Shown here: piece after piece, positions 27,761 to 37,473 of the stretch
How positions within the stretch are numbered: position 1 is the first letter of the stretch
Layout: each line of letters begins with the position of its first letter
Assembly (NCBI GenBank): GCA_040756235.1
Contig: JBFLZG010000051.1
Location: 1-64,000 of the forward strand
From: a bacterium
GTDB lineage: Bacteria > Desulfobacterota > DSWW01
DNA length: 64,000 bases
Direction of reading: 5' to 3'
Made by a program: the position numbers and the translations under genes
Notes under the pieces: model-generated
What the model was told of the DNA's origin: nothing
The model's input: only the letters and a program-made list of their open reading frames with translations
Database searches by the model: none

Positions 27761-28570
27761 TCAGGTCCCGGGCAACCCGGCTCCGGTCAGATCCCGGAGG
27801 TCTCCGAACTGATACTGCGCGAGTGCAACCGCCAGGATGGCCGCCGTCTCCGCCCGCAGAATCCTGGGGCCGAGCCCCGCGGCAACGAACCCGGCTGCAA
27901 GTGCCGCCGCTTCCTCCTGAGCCGTGAAACCGCCCTCGGGGCCCACCAGCAGGAGAATCCGGCGGGGAGGGCTCCGGGTCTGCGCCCCCGCCGGCAAACC
28001 CAGGTTCGATGGGGCCGAAGCGGTGAACAGAAGCCCGAGGTCGACCTCGGGGCGCCTGGTGAGCGTCTCGTCCAGGGATGACACCGGCCGAATCTCGGCG
28101 ACCGACGCTCGTCCGCTCTGGCGTGAGGCTTCCTCGGCGATCTTGCGCCATCTCCGGAGCCTCGGTTCCGAGCGCTCCGACGGCAGCACCGGCACGGACC
28201 TGGCGGCCGCGACCGGGCAGATCTCCGCCGCTCCCAACTCCGACGCCTTCTGGATCACGAGATCCATCTTCTGCGCCTTGAGCAGCCCGACGGCCAGCAG
28301 GAGCCACAGGGGCGAGTCCGCCTTGCCCGGGACCCTTTCCAGAATGCCGACCCGCGCCAGCCTGCTCGTGACGTCGAGCAGAACCGCAGCGTATTGCCAG
28401 CCGGATCCGTCGAACAGGACCAGGGGATCTCCGCGACGCATCCGCAGGACTTCACAGACGTAGTGCCGCCGGGGGCCTACGAGCGTGACCTCACGCGCAT
28501 CCGGCGGGATGACTTCCACGAACAGCCTGCTCGCGGCATGGCCCTGTCTTGCGGCCCGTGGCTCATCCAT
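27761..28570 (-). CDS. rsmE: 16S rRNA (uracil1498-N3)-methyltransferase
   Basis: HYVCEVLRM, QKASELG, EASRQSGR, VGPEGGF, LGPRILRAETAA. Confidence 0.95.
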   Translation of the reverse strand: MDEPRAARQGHAASRLFVEVIPPDAREVTLVGPRRHYVCEVLRMRRGDPLVLFDGSGWQYAAVLLDVTSRLARVGILERVPGKADSPLWLLLAVGLLKAQKMDLVIQKASELGAAEICPVAAARSVPVLPSERSEPRLRRWRKIAEEASRQSGRASVAEIRPVSSLDETLTRRPEVDLGLLFTASAPSNLGLPAGAQTRSPPRRILLLVGPEGGFTAQEEAAALAAGFVAAGLGPRILRAETAAILAVALAQYQFGDLRDLTGAGLPGT

Positions 28571-29591
28571 GGACCTTCTCGGGTTGCGGGGCTCGGTAGA
28601 GCAGAGCCGTCCAGCCCTCGTCCGGATCGATCTTCTCGGAAGCCGGCCTGAGCCCGGCTTGCTCGTAAGCGCTCCTCACATGGTCGCGATCTGCCCTGAG
28701 GAATCCGGAAAGGATCAGGAATCCATCTTCTTCCAGGACCGCGAGCAAGGGTGCAAGGGACTCGGTCAGGGTCCGGGTATCGATGTTGGCCGCGATCAGG
28801 TCGAAACGGGACCGGACGCAGGCGAGCCCGCCGGCAATCAGATGGATGGGCGCGCCTCCATTGTTGAGGGCGAGGTTCTTCCGGGCGACCTGCACGGCCT
28901 CCAGGTCCTTGTCCAGCCCGACCACGCGCGCCACACCGAGCGCGCGGCCCGCCATGGAGAGGATCCCGGAGCCGCACCCCACGTCCAGGAGCGAACGCGG
29001 GCGCCGCGGGCCGGAGCCGCCCTTGGTCAGGATCTCGTCCAGAAAATGAAGGCAGAGCCGGGTCGTGGCGTGCCTGCCGGTTCCGAAAGCGAGCCCCGGC
29101 TCCATCACGATGCAGATCGAGGAACGGGGCAGATCGGGAATCTGCCACGGAGGGGCAACCCAGATTCTGTCCGCCACCCTCATCGGCGCAAACGTTTTCT
29201 TCCAGTCCGTCGCCCACTCCTCCTTGCGCACGCGCTGGCAGCCGAGCAGCCGGGCGGTGAAATCCGGGAAGGCTGCCTGGAGGTCTCGCCTGACCGACTC
29301 GATCAGCTCGATGATCGCCTCCATTTCGAATGTGCCGGGAAAGTAAACCGAGAGGAGCGCGAAACGGCCGCAGGCTTCGCACTCCGGCTCCGGCAAGGCC
29401 GCCGCTCCGTCAAGACCGTCGAGCCCTTCCCCCTCCGCGCTCCCCAGCGCGCCGCGGTCATAGCACTCGCTCACGAAGGTGGACAGCGTCTCCTCGCTTG
29501 GGTTCACAAATTGGATCAGCGCCTGGGTCCAGCCGGCGGGATCGGACCCTTGGCCCGCTCCCGTATCCGGGGTACCGCCCGATCGGACCAT
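28563..29591 (-). CDS. prmA: Ribosomal protein L11 methyltransferase
   Basis: WATDWKKTF, PPW, PGLAFGTGRHATTRLC, LDVGCGSGILS, ANI, LILSG. Upstream of rsmE as is typical. Confidence 0.93.
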   Translation of the reverse strand: MVRSGGTPDTGAGQGSDPAGWTQALIQFVNPSEETLSTFVSECYDRGALGSAEGEGLDGLDGAAALPEPECEACGRFALLSVYFPGTFEMEAIIELIESVRRDLQAAFPDFTARLLGCQRVRKEEWATDWKKTFAPMRVADRIWVAPPWQIPDLPRSSICIVMEPGLAFGTGRHATTRLCLHFLDEILTKGGSGPRRPRSLLDVGCGSGILSMAGRALGVARVVGLDKDLEAVQVARKNLALNNGGAPIHLIAGGLACVRSRFDLIAANIDTRTLTESLAPLLAVLEEDGFLILSGFLRADRDHVRSAYEQAGLRPASEKIDPDEGWTALLYRAPQPEKVHG

Positions 29592-29862
29592 GGGCTTGCC
29601 CTCGTGCTCCGGCGGGTCTCCTTGCCACGATCACATCCTGTGCGCCCGCTGCTTCCCTGCCGCCGCCGGCCCGCCGCACCGGCGACGGCTGGGAAAGTAC
29701 CTGTTAACATACCGTAAGACGAAGCCGCTTTCAAAGGAGAGCGGCCGCGGTTTGACACGCTCTTTCTTTGCGTCTAAGGAAATATGTTCTTGAGCCGTCG
29801 CAGGACCGAACCCGGCCCGTCCGCGGCGCGCTCGACGGCTCATCCAATCCGGGGAGGGTGGC

Positions 29863-30945
29863 ATGGAGAAGGTGCCCGCAAGCTATTACGGCATGGATGA
29901 AGAACGGCTCCGGCGGCGGATCCGGGAGAGGAAAGAAGCCCTCGGGCCCAGATTGGTGATTCTGGGGCATCACTACCAGACACAGGCGGTCATCGACTTT
30001 GCGGACTTCCGCGGGGACTCCCTGGCCCTGTGCCGCCTCGCCGCCGGCCAGCGCGAGTGCGAATTCATCGTCTTCTGCGGGGTTCGCTTCATGGCCGAGA
30101 GTGCCGAAATCCTCCGGGCCGCCCACCAGGTCGTACAGCACCCGGATCCCGAAGCAGGGTGCCCGATGGCCGACATGGGGGACATCGGGAAGGTGGAAGA
30201 CGCCTGGCGGCGGGTCACGGAAGGGGTGGGGGAGTCGGGGATACTGCCGGTCACCTACATGAACTCCAGCGCCGAGCTGAAAGCCTTCTGCGGGAGGCAC
30301 GGCGGCACCGTCTGCACGTCGTCCAACGCGGACAAGGTGCTGAATTGGGCCTACCAGAGGGCGGACCGAGTGTTCTTCTTCCCGGACGAGCACCTCGGCA
30401 GGAACACTGCCCGGCGGATCGGGATCCCGGCCGAGCAGATCCTGCTCTGGGAGCCTCGGGATCCGATGGAACAGTCCGAGGGCGCTGCCGCCAAGCAGGC
30501 CCTGGGCAGATCTCGGCTCTTGCTCTGGAAAGGACACTGTCACGTGCACCAGAGCTTTCGCGTCGATCACGTCCGCAGGGCCGGACGGCAGGATCCGGGG
30601 GCCAAGGTGGTCGTTCATCCGGAGTGCGCCGAAGACGTCGTCCAGGCGGCGGACGCTTGCGGCTCCACGGAATACATCTGCCGCTTCGTGGCCGAGGCAC
30701 CGTCCGGAGCGACGATCTACGTGGGAACGGAGAGCCGCCTGGTGCGCCGCTTGGCGCGGGAGCATCCGGACAAGAGGATCCTGGAGCTGGCCGATTCTAC
30801 CTGCCCGGACATGTCCCGCATCGACCTCACGAAGTTGCTGTTCGCCCTCGACGGCGCCGGGCAGGTGAACAGGGTATCGGTTCCTGCGGAGATCCGAAAG
30901 GAAGCCAGGACCGCCCTGGAAAGGATGCTTTCCTTGCCTGCCTGA
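29863..30945 (+). CDS. nadA: Quinolinate synthase
   Basis: LGHHYQ, FCGVRFMAE, AGCPMA, YMNSSA, CTSSNA, PDEHLG, CHVH, HPEC, GST, CPDM. Confidence 0.97.
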   Translation: MEKVPASYYGMDEERLRRRIRERKEALGPRLVILGHHYQTQAVIDFADFRGDSLALCRLAAGQRECEFIVFCGVRFMAESAEILRAAHQVVQHPDPEAGCPMADMGDIGKVEDAWRRVTEGVGESGILPVTYMNSSAELKAFCGRHGGTVCTSSNADKVLNWAYQRADRVFFFPDEHLGRNTARRIGIPAEQILLWEPRDPMEQSEGAAAKQALGRSRLLLWKGHCHVHQSFRVDHVRRAGRQDPGAKVVVHPECAEDVVQAADACGSTEYICRFVAEAPSGATIYVGTESRLVRRLAREHPDKRILELADSTCPDMSRIDLTKLLFALDGAGQVNRVSVPAEIRKEARTALERMLSLPA

Positions 30946-31195
30946 GGCCTTGCCCGGTCGGATTCCGCCAGGGCTCCTTCGATCCGGCAGCGGTCAGAAG
31001 CGCCCGCGCCGCCGAAATGCTAGACATTCCGGTCCGGACCCTGTATGAGAAGATTCGGGCGTGCCGTGCTGCAGCATACCCGGACCTTCAAACGCGTCAA
31101 CCGAACCCCAGCCGACGGTGACCGGGCCTTTCCAGCGATTCCGCACACGGATTTCTCGGAAAGTCCGGTTCTTCGTTTCCGAGCCGAGGACCGAC

Positions 31196-31870
31196 ATGCA
31201 GAACACGGATGCGATCCAGCCGGACCCGAACGGCACTTCAGACTATCGCCAGAGAGATCTCGTTCCCCCGGAAATGACCATCCAGCATGCATCGACCAAG
31301 GGGCTGCGCTACATCCTGCTTCACGACCGCAGGAAGATCTACAACAAGCTCCTCCAATACCTGGCCATGCACTACCTCATGCCGCCACAGTTCCGGGTGA
31401 AGCTGCAGGCCCTGCGCGGGGTCCGGTTCGACGATCCGCGGAGCGTGTTCCTGGGCGACCACATCAACTTCGACGAGCGGCTGCCGGAGAACATCCGGAT
31501 GGGCAGGGCCGTCTGGATGGCCGCGGGCTGCCGCATCCTGACCCACCGCTTCCTCTCCTGGAGGTTCGTCGAGAAGTCGCACGTCGTGTTCGAGGACTAC
31601 GTCCGGGTGGGGGCGAACTCGATGATCATCGGACCGGCCACCATCGGCAAGGGAGCCGCCATCGCCCCGGGTGCGGTGGTCCTGAAAGACGTCGCGCCCT
31701 ACACGGTCGTGGGCGGCGTACCGGCAAAGCGGATCGGAGTCGTGCCCAAGGACATGGTGGATTATGAGCTGCTCATGGAGGGGGACTTCAAGACCGGGGC
31801 GGATCTCATTCAGGGTTATCTCTGGCGCGCCAAGCCGCAGGAGGAGGATCCGGTTCAGCGGGACGCTTAG
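31196..31870 (+). CDS. Hexapeptide-repeat (left-handed beta-helix) acyltransferase
   Basis: VGANSMII, IGKGAAIAPGAVVLKDV, VVGGVPAK. RBS GAGG before ATG 31196. Confidence 0.8.
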   Translation: MQNTDAIQPDPNGTSDYRQRDLVPPEMTIQHASTKGLRYILLHDRRKIYNKLLQYLAMHYLMPPQFRVKLQALRGVRFDDPRSVFLGDHINFDERLPENIRMGRAVWMAAGCRILTHRFLSWRFVEKSHVVFEDYVRVGANSMIIGPATIGKGAAIAPGAVVLKDVAPYTVVGGVPAKRIGVVPKDMVDYELLMEGDFKTGADLIQGYLWRAKPQEEDPVQRDA

Positions 31871-31882
31871 AGGGGGGATCTC

Positions 31883-32341
31883 CTATCGGTTCCGAAGGGC
31901 TCTCTCGATGTCCCGCTTGGCGTCCTGCTTCTTGAGAGTCTCCCTCTTCTCGTACTTCCTTTTGCCGCGGGCCAGAGCCATCTCGACCTTGGCCCTGCCG
32001 TCTTTCAGATAGACGCGCAGCGGAACGAAGGCGAGGCCCTTCTCCTGGATCTTGCCGGTCAGCTTTCCGATCTCTCTTCTGTGGAGCAGGAGCTTCCGGG
32101 TGCGGGTGGGCTCGTGATTGAAAGGGCCGGCATTGGGATAGGGTGAGATGTGGATTTCGTGCAGGAAGGCCTCCCCGTTCGTGATCTTGCCGTAGCCGTC
32201 CTTGAGCTGAACGCGGCCCTCGCGGATCGACTTGATCTCGGTCCCGGTCAGGACCAGGCCGGCCTCGTAAGTGGAGAGAATTTCATAGTCGTGCCGGGCC
32301 TTCTTGTTCTGGGCGACGAGATGGATCCCGGTACGCTTCAA
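31883..32341 (-). CDS. smpB: SsrA-binding protein
   Basis: [41 protein letters not shown]. Confidence 0.98.
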   Translation of the reverse strand: MKRTGIHLVAQNKKARHDYEILSTYEAGLVLTGTEIKSIREGRVQLKDGYGKITNGEAFLHEIHISPYPNAGPFNHEPTRTRKLLLHRREIGKLTGKIQEKGLAFVPLRVYLKDGRAKVEMALARGKRKYEKRETLKKQDAKRDIERALRNR

Positions 32342-32438
32342 AAGCCCTCCTAAAGTCTCCGGTTTGCCGAACAGGCGTGAGGTGTCGATCGATTCCAGGA
32401 TACCTCAATGCCACCCGCTTTCAAGGCCCGGGTGGGAA

Positions 32439-32915
32439 CTACCCTTCGCTGACCTCGAAGTGCCGGATGTCCGCGAGGTTTCCCTTGCGCTCGTCCCGGA
32501 ACACGGCGCGCATCCTGGCGCCGACCCGGATCTTGCTCTCGTCCCGGATTTCGATGAAATGCTGGAACGCGTTGTCTGCGCCGTCGAGTTGGATGAAGCC
32601 GTACCCGTACGGTACCGGCTTGGGCTGGCCGGTCTCGGGGTCCACGAAGTGAAAGCGAAGAATGGTGAAAGCCACCAGAGTTCCCTTGGGTCCGACCTCG
32701 ACCAGCTCTTCCATTTCCTGGAAGCAGGGGCCGCAAACCCGCCGCGGAGGGACGTAGACCTTCCTGCACTTCGGGCAGCGGATCCCCAGGAGCCTTTTGC
32801 GATCGCGCAGCTCCATGAAGAACTTGCTTCCGTGACGACCGACCGCGTAGCGGAAGGGCTGCTGGTCCGATTCGCCGGAATGGGCCACGAGGAGCTCCTG
32901 TCTTGCACCTGCCAT
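32439..32915 (-). CDS. DUF35 Zn-ribbon/OB-fold protein
   Basis: RCPKCRKVYVPPRRVCGPC; IQLDGAD. Confidence 0.92.
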   Translation of the reverse strand: MAGARQELLVAHSGESDQQPFRYAVGRHGSKFFMELRDRKRLLGIRCPKCRKVYVPPRRVCGPCFQEMEELVEVGPKGTLVAFTILRFHFVDPETGQPKPVPYGYGFIQLDGADNAFQHFIEIRDESKIRVGARMRAVFRDERKGNLADIRHFEVSEG

Positions 32916-32995
32916 CTTGTATCCTCCTGATTCTCTGCCCGCCCGCTTCCCGCCGGTCTCACGGCGATTGGGGAGAACGGCAGAGGACGACGGCG

Positions 32996-34153
32996 CTAAA
33001 CCGGCTTCTTTGCGCCATACAAGAGAAGATCGGACCAGAAGCAGCCGCCGAACCCGGAGCTGAGCGCGATCCGCACGTCCGGCACTTGCCTCTTGTCCGC
33101 CTTTCCCATGATCTGAAGGGCCGCCTCCGCACAGCGGATGAGCCCCGTTGCACCGATCGGGTTGCAGGATATGACGCCCCCGGACATGTTGATGGGAAGC
33201 TCACCGCCGAAATCCGTGGCCCCGTCCCAGAGCAGGCGGGGGGCCTCGCCCGGTTTGCACAGGCCCAGAGCCTCGATCCAGCTCAAGCCGGCAAAGGAGT
33301 AGGGCAGATACAGCTCCATCACGTCGATTTCCTTGAGCGGCTCCCGGATGCCGGTTTTCTTGTAGAGCTCGCGCGAAGCCAGCTGCAGGGAGGGAAGGTT
33401 CACGAAGTTGGCATCGCCCAGATACGAGTAGAGGTGCCGGTTGGCCGTGCCCAGGACCCACGCCGGTTTCGGGCAGATCTTCTCGGCCACGCGCTCGGAG
33501 GCGAAGACGACGGCGCAGGCGCCGTCCGTGCGCGGGCACAGATCCAGCAGCTTCAGCGGATCCGAGAGCCGGGCCGAGGACATGACCTCCTCGATCGTGA
33601 CTTCCTTGCGGAGGTGGGCATACGGGTTGAGGCACGCGTGCCTGCGGTCCCGCACGGTCACGCGGGCCGCGTCTTTTTCGGTCACCCCGTAGGTCGCCAT
33701 GTAGACCGACGCCTCGACGGCCAGCCCCGAGATGGCGCCGGCGAACACGAGCCGGTCCCAGACCGGGTCGAAGGCCGTGGTGATGGCGCCGGTGGTATCG
33801 GACTCGGAGTTCTTCTCCCATCCGATCACGAGCAGCTTGTCGAACATGCCCGAGGCAACCATGTGGTAGCCGGCGATCGCCAGGGTGCTGCCGGTGGTGC
33901 CGCCGGTGGTCAGCTTCAGGGTGGGCTTGCCGAATCCCCCCGAGCCGTCGATGCTCCAGCAGTCCACGTAGTTGATCCCCTCGAAGTGGTCCATGTTGCC
34001 CACGATGACGCCGTCGATGTCGTCCATCTTCAGCTCGGCGTCGCTCAGGGCCCTTTGGACCGCCTCGTAGATCAGCTCGACACCGTTGACGTCCAGCCGG
34101 CGGGTGCAGTGATGGGTTTGTCCCGTTGCGACAATGGCGACTCGATTCGACAT
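32996..34153 (-). CDS. Thiolase-fold protein, Ltp3-like
   Basis: VAIVATGQT, DHFEG, GKPTLKLTTGGTTGST (no Cys at the thiolase nucleophile position), GWEKNSES, DGACA, NMSGG..SCNPIGATG. Confidence 0.8.
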   Translation of the reverse strand: MSNRVAIVATGQTHHCTRRLDVNGVELIYEAVQRALSDAELKMDDIDGVIVGNMDHFEGINYVDCWSIDGSGGFGKPTLKLTTGGTTGSTLAIAGYHMVASGMFDKLLVIGWEKNSESDTTGAITTAFDPVWDRLVFAGAISGLAVEASVYMATYGVTEKDAARVTVRDRRHACLNPYAHLRKEVTIEEVMSSARLSDPLKLLDLCPRTDGACAVVFASERVAEKICPKPAWVLGTANRHLYSYLGDANFVNLPSLQLASRELYKKTGIREPLKEIDVMELYLPYSFAGLSWIEALGLCKPGEAPRLLWDGATDFGGELPINMSGGVISCNPIGATGLIRCAEAALQIMGKADKRQVPDVRIALSSGFGGCFWSDLLLYGAKKPV

Positions 34154-34220
34154 CTTCGACACCTCATTGCAGGAGCGGTCGGGAAAGGGCTGCAGCGACG
34201 TGCGGAGCAATCTCCGGGTC

Positions 34221-35360
34221 TCAGTTGCCGAGAACCCACACACAATGGGATTGGCCGCACGGACCGTTCACGCCGTGCGCCAGGGCGGTCCTGGCCCCCC
34301 GGACCTGGCGCTCGCCTGCATCGCCCCGAAGCTGCAGCACCGCCTCTGCGATGCGCACCAGGCCGGCCGCCGTGACGGTGTGCGCCGAGAGGAGGCCGCC
34401 GGAAGGGTTCACCGGGATGGGGCCCGCGATCTGCGTGTCGCCGGATTCGATGAGCTTCCCTCCCTCCCCGCGACCGCACAAGCCCAGCCCCTCGGTCCAC
34501 AAGAGCTCCTGATAGGTGAACGCATCGTAGAGCTCCACCACGTCCAGCTCCTTTTTCGGATCCCGGATGCCGGCCATGGCGTAGGCCTTCTCGGAAGCCT
34601 TGAACAGAGCCTGACAGTCGGCCAGATCGCGGTCGCCGAGGTGGTAGGCGTCCGCGCAGTAGCCGACGCCCCGCACCCACACGGGGCGGCTCGAGATCTT
34701 CCGGGCCGCGGCCTCCCGGGCAAGGATGATGGCGCAGGCGCCGTCGGATATGGGCGAGGCGTCCAGGAGCTTGATCGGATCGGCGAGCATCCGGCTCTGC
34801 ATGACGTCTTCCACCGTGAGGCGCAGCGGCAGTTGCGCGAAGGTGTTGCGCAAGGCGTTGCCGTGGTTCTTGACCGAAACCAGGGCGCACTGCTCCTCGG
34901 TGATTCCGTACCGGTCCATGTATCTCCTGGCCTGCAGGGCGGCCGAGGAGACGAAGTCCAGGCCCAGGGAGCGCGCGTAGATGGGGTCGAACATGGCGTT
35001 GGTGATGCGCGCCGAATCGCTCTCGGACCCCTTGCAGTGAGCCACGACCAGGGTCGTGTCGTAGGAGCCGGAGAGGATCCGCGTCATGCCGTAGAAGGCG
35101 GCGAAGGTCCCGTCTCCCTCGACGCAGGAGATGTTCTTGTCGTAGGAGCCGCAGGCATCGTTGATCGCCATGCTGGAGATCGTGCGGCCGTCCCAGAAGT
35201 CGTTGGAGGCCGACACGACGTTACCGATCTGGGAGATCTCGATGCCGGCATCCTTGAGGGCTCGGGTCGTGGCCTCGAAGACCATGTCCGCAAAGGTGTC
35301 GTAGACCTTGTTCCGCTCCTGGCGGGTCTGGCCGACGCCGATGATGGCGATGCGCTCCAT
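34221..35360 (-). CDS. Thiolase-fold protein, Ltp4-like
   Basis: SNDFWDGRTIS, SCVEGDGTFAAF, DGACA, ELYDAF, NPSGG. Confidence 0.8.
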   Translation of the reverse strand: MERIAIIGVGQTRQERNKVYDTFADMVFEATTRALKDAGIEISQIGNVVSASNDFWDGRTISSMAINDACGSYDKNISCVEGDGTFAAFYGMTRILSGSYDTTLVVAHCKGSESDSARITNAMFDPIYARSLGLDFVSSAALQARRYMDRYGITEEQCALVSVKNHGNALRNTFAQLPLRLTVEDVMQSRMLADPIKLLDASPISDGACAIILAREAAARKISSRPVWVRGVGYCADAYHLGDRDLADCQALFKASEKAYAMAGIRDPKKELDVVELYDAFTYQELLWTEGLGLCGRGEGGKLIESGDTQIAGPIPVNPSGGLLSAHTVTAAGLVRIAEAVLQLRGDAGERQVRGARTALAHGVNGPCGQSHCVWVLGN

Positions 35361-35405
35361 TGTCTCTTTCCCCACGGCTGAGGGCGCCTTCTCGACACCC
35401 TCGGT

Positions 35406-35876
35406 TCAGGCGGACTTCACGGGCCGAAAGTGGGCGATGTCCAGAATGGTTCCGGTTCGCTCCTCCTTGAAAACCGCGGTCAGGCGCAACCCGGAGCGGA
35501 TCGAGCTCAGGTCGACGTCGCCGATCAGGTGCAGCAGGCCGGTCGAGGCGCCGTCGAGCTGAATGATGCCGTATGCGAACGGGGCCCTGGCCGGCTGCAG
35601 ACCGTTTTCGTAACGGACGATCGTGTAGGTGAGGAGCGTGCCGTCCGGGCCCACGTCCACCCACGGGCCGGTATCCCGGAAGCACCGGGGGCACATCTTC
35701 CGGGGCGGCACGTAGACGGTCTTGCACGACTCGCACTGCTTGCCCTGGAGGCGCTTGTGGTCTCGTATGCCGGCCAGGAACCGGCTTCCCGTCTCGCCCA
35801 CCGACCAGGTGTAAGGCACCTTGATGCGGCTGTGGTGCACCATCGGCTCCACGCTCTCGAGCCATGCGGCACTCAT
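35406..35876 (-). CDS. DUF35 Zn-ribbon/OB-fold protein
   Basis: RBS AGGAG before ATG 35876. QCESCKTVYVPPRKMCPRC; IQLDGAST. Confidence 0.9.
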   Translation of the reverse strand: MSAAWLESVEPMVHHSRIKVPYTWSVGETGSRFLAGIRDHKRLQGKQCESCKTVYVPPRKMCPRCFRDTGPWVDVGPDGTLLTYTIVRYENGLQPARAPFAYGIIQLDGASTGLLHLIGDVDLSSIRSGLRLTAVFKEERTGTILDIAHFRPVKSA

Positions 35877-35915
35877 GGGGTATTCTCCTGTTTGCATTGC
35901 TGGAACGACGGACGA

Positions 35916-35945
35916 ACTATAGGGCCCCGAGCCCGTCTTTGTCAA
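35916..35945 (-). promoter_or_regulatory. Sigma-70-type promoter for the DUF35/thiolase operon
   Basis: Minus-strand TTGACA-N18-TATAGT about 40 bp upstream of ATG 35876. Confidence 0.6.
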
Positions 35946-36111
35946 TGAAGACGGACCCGTGCGGCCCTCCCGGCCGCGCCGCAGAGCCGCCAAGATGGCG
36001 GCCCTCAGGGGTCTTGTGCGGAGGCGCGCGGTCCTTGCAAAAGCGGGTGAGTTCCGGCAGATTGATCGCGTTGAAAAACCGCGCCATTTCTCATCGGGAG
36101 ACCGGCAGCTC

Positions 36112-37473
36112 ATGCATTCCGGAAAGATCGAGCACCGGATCCGGCGGCTTCTGGAGAGAGTCCTGGAGCAGAGCCTGGAATCGGCGAGCGAGGACGCGCA
36201 CATCCTGAACGACCTCGGCGCCGACTCGTGGCAGTACCTGGAATTCCGCAACGAGGTCGAGACCGCCTTCGGGATCACGATTCCGGACGCCGAGGTGGAT
36301 CGACTGAGCACCCTCAGGGAATCTGCCAGCCTGGTCTCGCAGCTGATCGGGCCGGAGGAGGCCGGCAAGGCGGCGGCCGCAGCCGTGCCGGGCGCGCCGA
36401 TCGCCGGAACGAAACAGCGGCTGGGAGGGGGCAGCTACCTGAGGGAAGACGGGGCGCTGCGCACCGATCTCGAAATCGGCATGGCCCTGACCGGGCGGAA
36501 CCACCTGGCCGAGTCGCCGCTGATGAAGTTCGTCGGCGAGATCCGCTGGAACCACATCGCCCATTTCGCGGGGGTTCCCAGCAAGAAGCTGTCGGACGAG
36601 ACGGGTGAACGGCTGTACGCGACCTTCTACTACGTCGAGACGCTCTTCCCCAGGCAGACGCCCATGGCGGCCTTCGGCGAAAACGACCGGTTCACGGTGG
36701 TCAGCAGCCTCAGCTCCTTCGGCAACTCGATCCTGGACGGCTGCCACTTCCTCTACCCCGCGGGGTGGCCTGAAGAGAAGAAAGTGCCGCTGCTGAACGG
36801 ACGTCAGGCTGCGGAGATGGGCATCCCCTACGTGCGCACGTCCAATATCTTCGTCAAGATGCTCCAGGGCGCCACCTGGCTGAAGAAGTCCAGGCCCGCC
36901 CAGAAGGGGATGGACGACGTGCCGCGGCTGGCCGAGGTGCCGGACAGCTACGTGCGGATCAAGCAGGCCGAAGGAGAGGACCGCTTCTGGCCGCCCCCGG
37001 AGGCTGCCAGCCCGCTGACGCCCGGGAAGGTGAGGCTCGACTACCGGATCGAGCCGGACCGGGACCTGAACGGCGTGGGGCTGCTCTACTTCGCGAACTA
37101 TCCGATGATTCTCGACATCGCGGAAAGGAAGTGCCTGCGGGAGATGGCGGCGCCGTCTCTGTCCGACGATCTGCTGGATCTGCGGACGCTCGTCCGCCGC
37201 GAAAGCGCCTACCTCGGCAACGCCCATCAGTCGGATGCGATCGACGTCTGGGTGGAGGCCTGGATCGAAAATCCTTTCCTGGCCCGACACCCGGCGCCGG
37301 AGATGAGCCCCGTGCGGCTGTTCCTGAACTACCAGATGTACCGCCGATCCGACGGCCGCAAGATCATCGTCTCCAGCGCCGAGAAGGTGATCTTCGGCAG
37401 GACGTTGGAGGACACCGGCCTGCTCGGCCCGCTCAGGGAAATGGCCGGCGCCGCAGGGGCCGTGCCGGCCTAG
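36112..37473 (+). CDS. Acyl carrier protein fused to LnmK-family acyltransferase/decarboxylase domain
   Basis: ACP motif DLGADSW..EVETAFGITIPD; Ala-rich linker; LnmK-like GERLYATFYYVE and RDLNGVGLLYFANY, YLGNA. Confidence 0.75.
   Translation: MHSGKIEHRIRRLLERVLEQSLESASEDAHILNDLGADSWQYLEFRNEVETAFGITIPDAEVDRLSTLRESASLVSQLIGPEEAGKAAAAAVPGAPIAGTKQRLGGGSYLREDGALRTDLEIGMALTGRNHLAESPLMKFVGEIRWNHIAHFAGVPSKKLSDETGERLYATFYYVETLFPRQTPMAAFGENDRFTVVSSLSSFGNSILDGCHFLYPAGWPEEKKVPLLNGRQAAEMGIPYVRTSNIFVKMLQGATWLKKSRPAQKGMDDVPRLAEVPDSYVRIKQAEGEDRFWPPPEAASPLTPGKVRLDYRIEPDRDLNGVGLLYFANYPMILDIAERKCLREMAAPSLSDDLLDLRTLVRRESAYLGNAHQSDAIDVWVEAWIENPFLARHPAPEMSPVRLFLNYQMYRRSDGRKIIVSSAEKVIFGRTLEDTGLLGPLREMAGAAGAVPA

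Noticed and set aside
31871..32438. tmRNA (ssrA) next to smpB
   Set aside because: Flanking intergenic spaces are too short and no tmRNA termini are visible.
35877..36368. N-terminal extension of the DUF35 ORF 35406-36368
   Set aside because: Overlaps the promoter and the opposite-strand ACP; the RBS supports ATG 35876.
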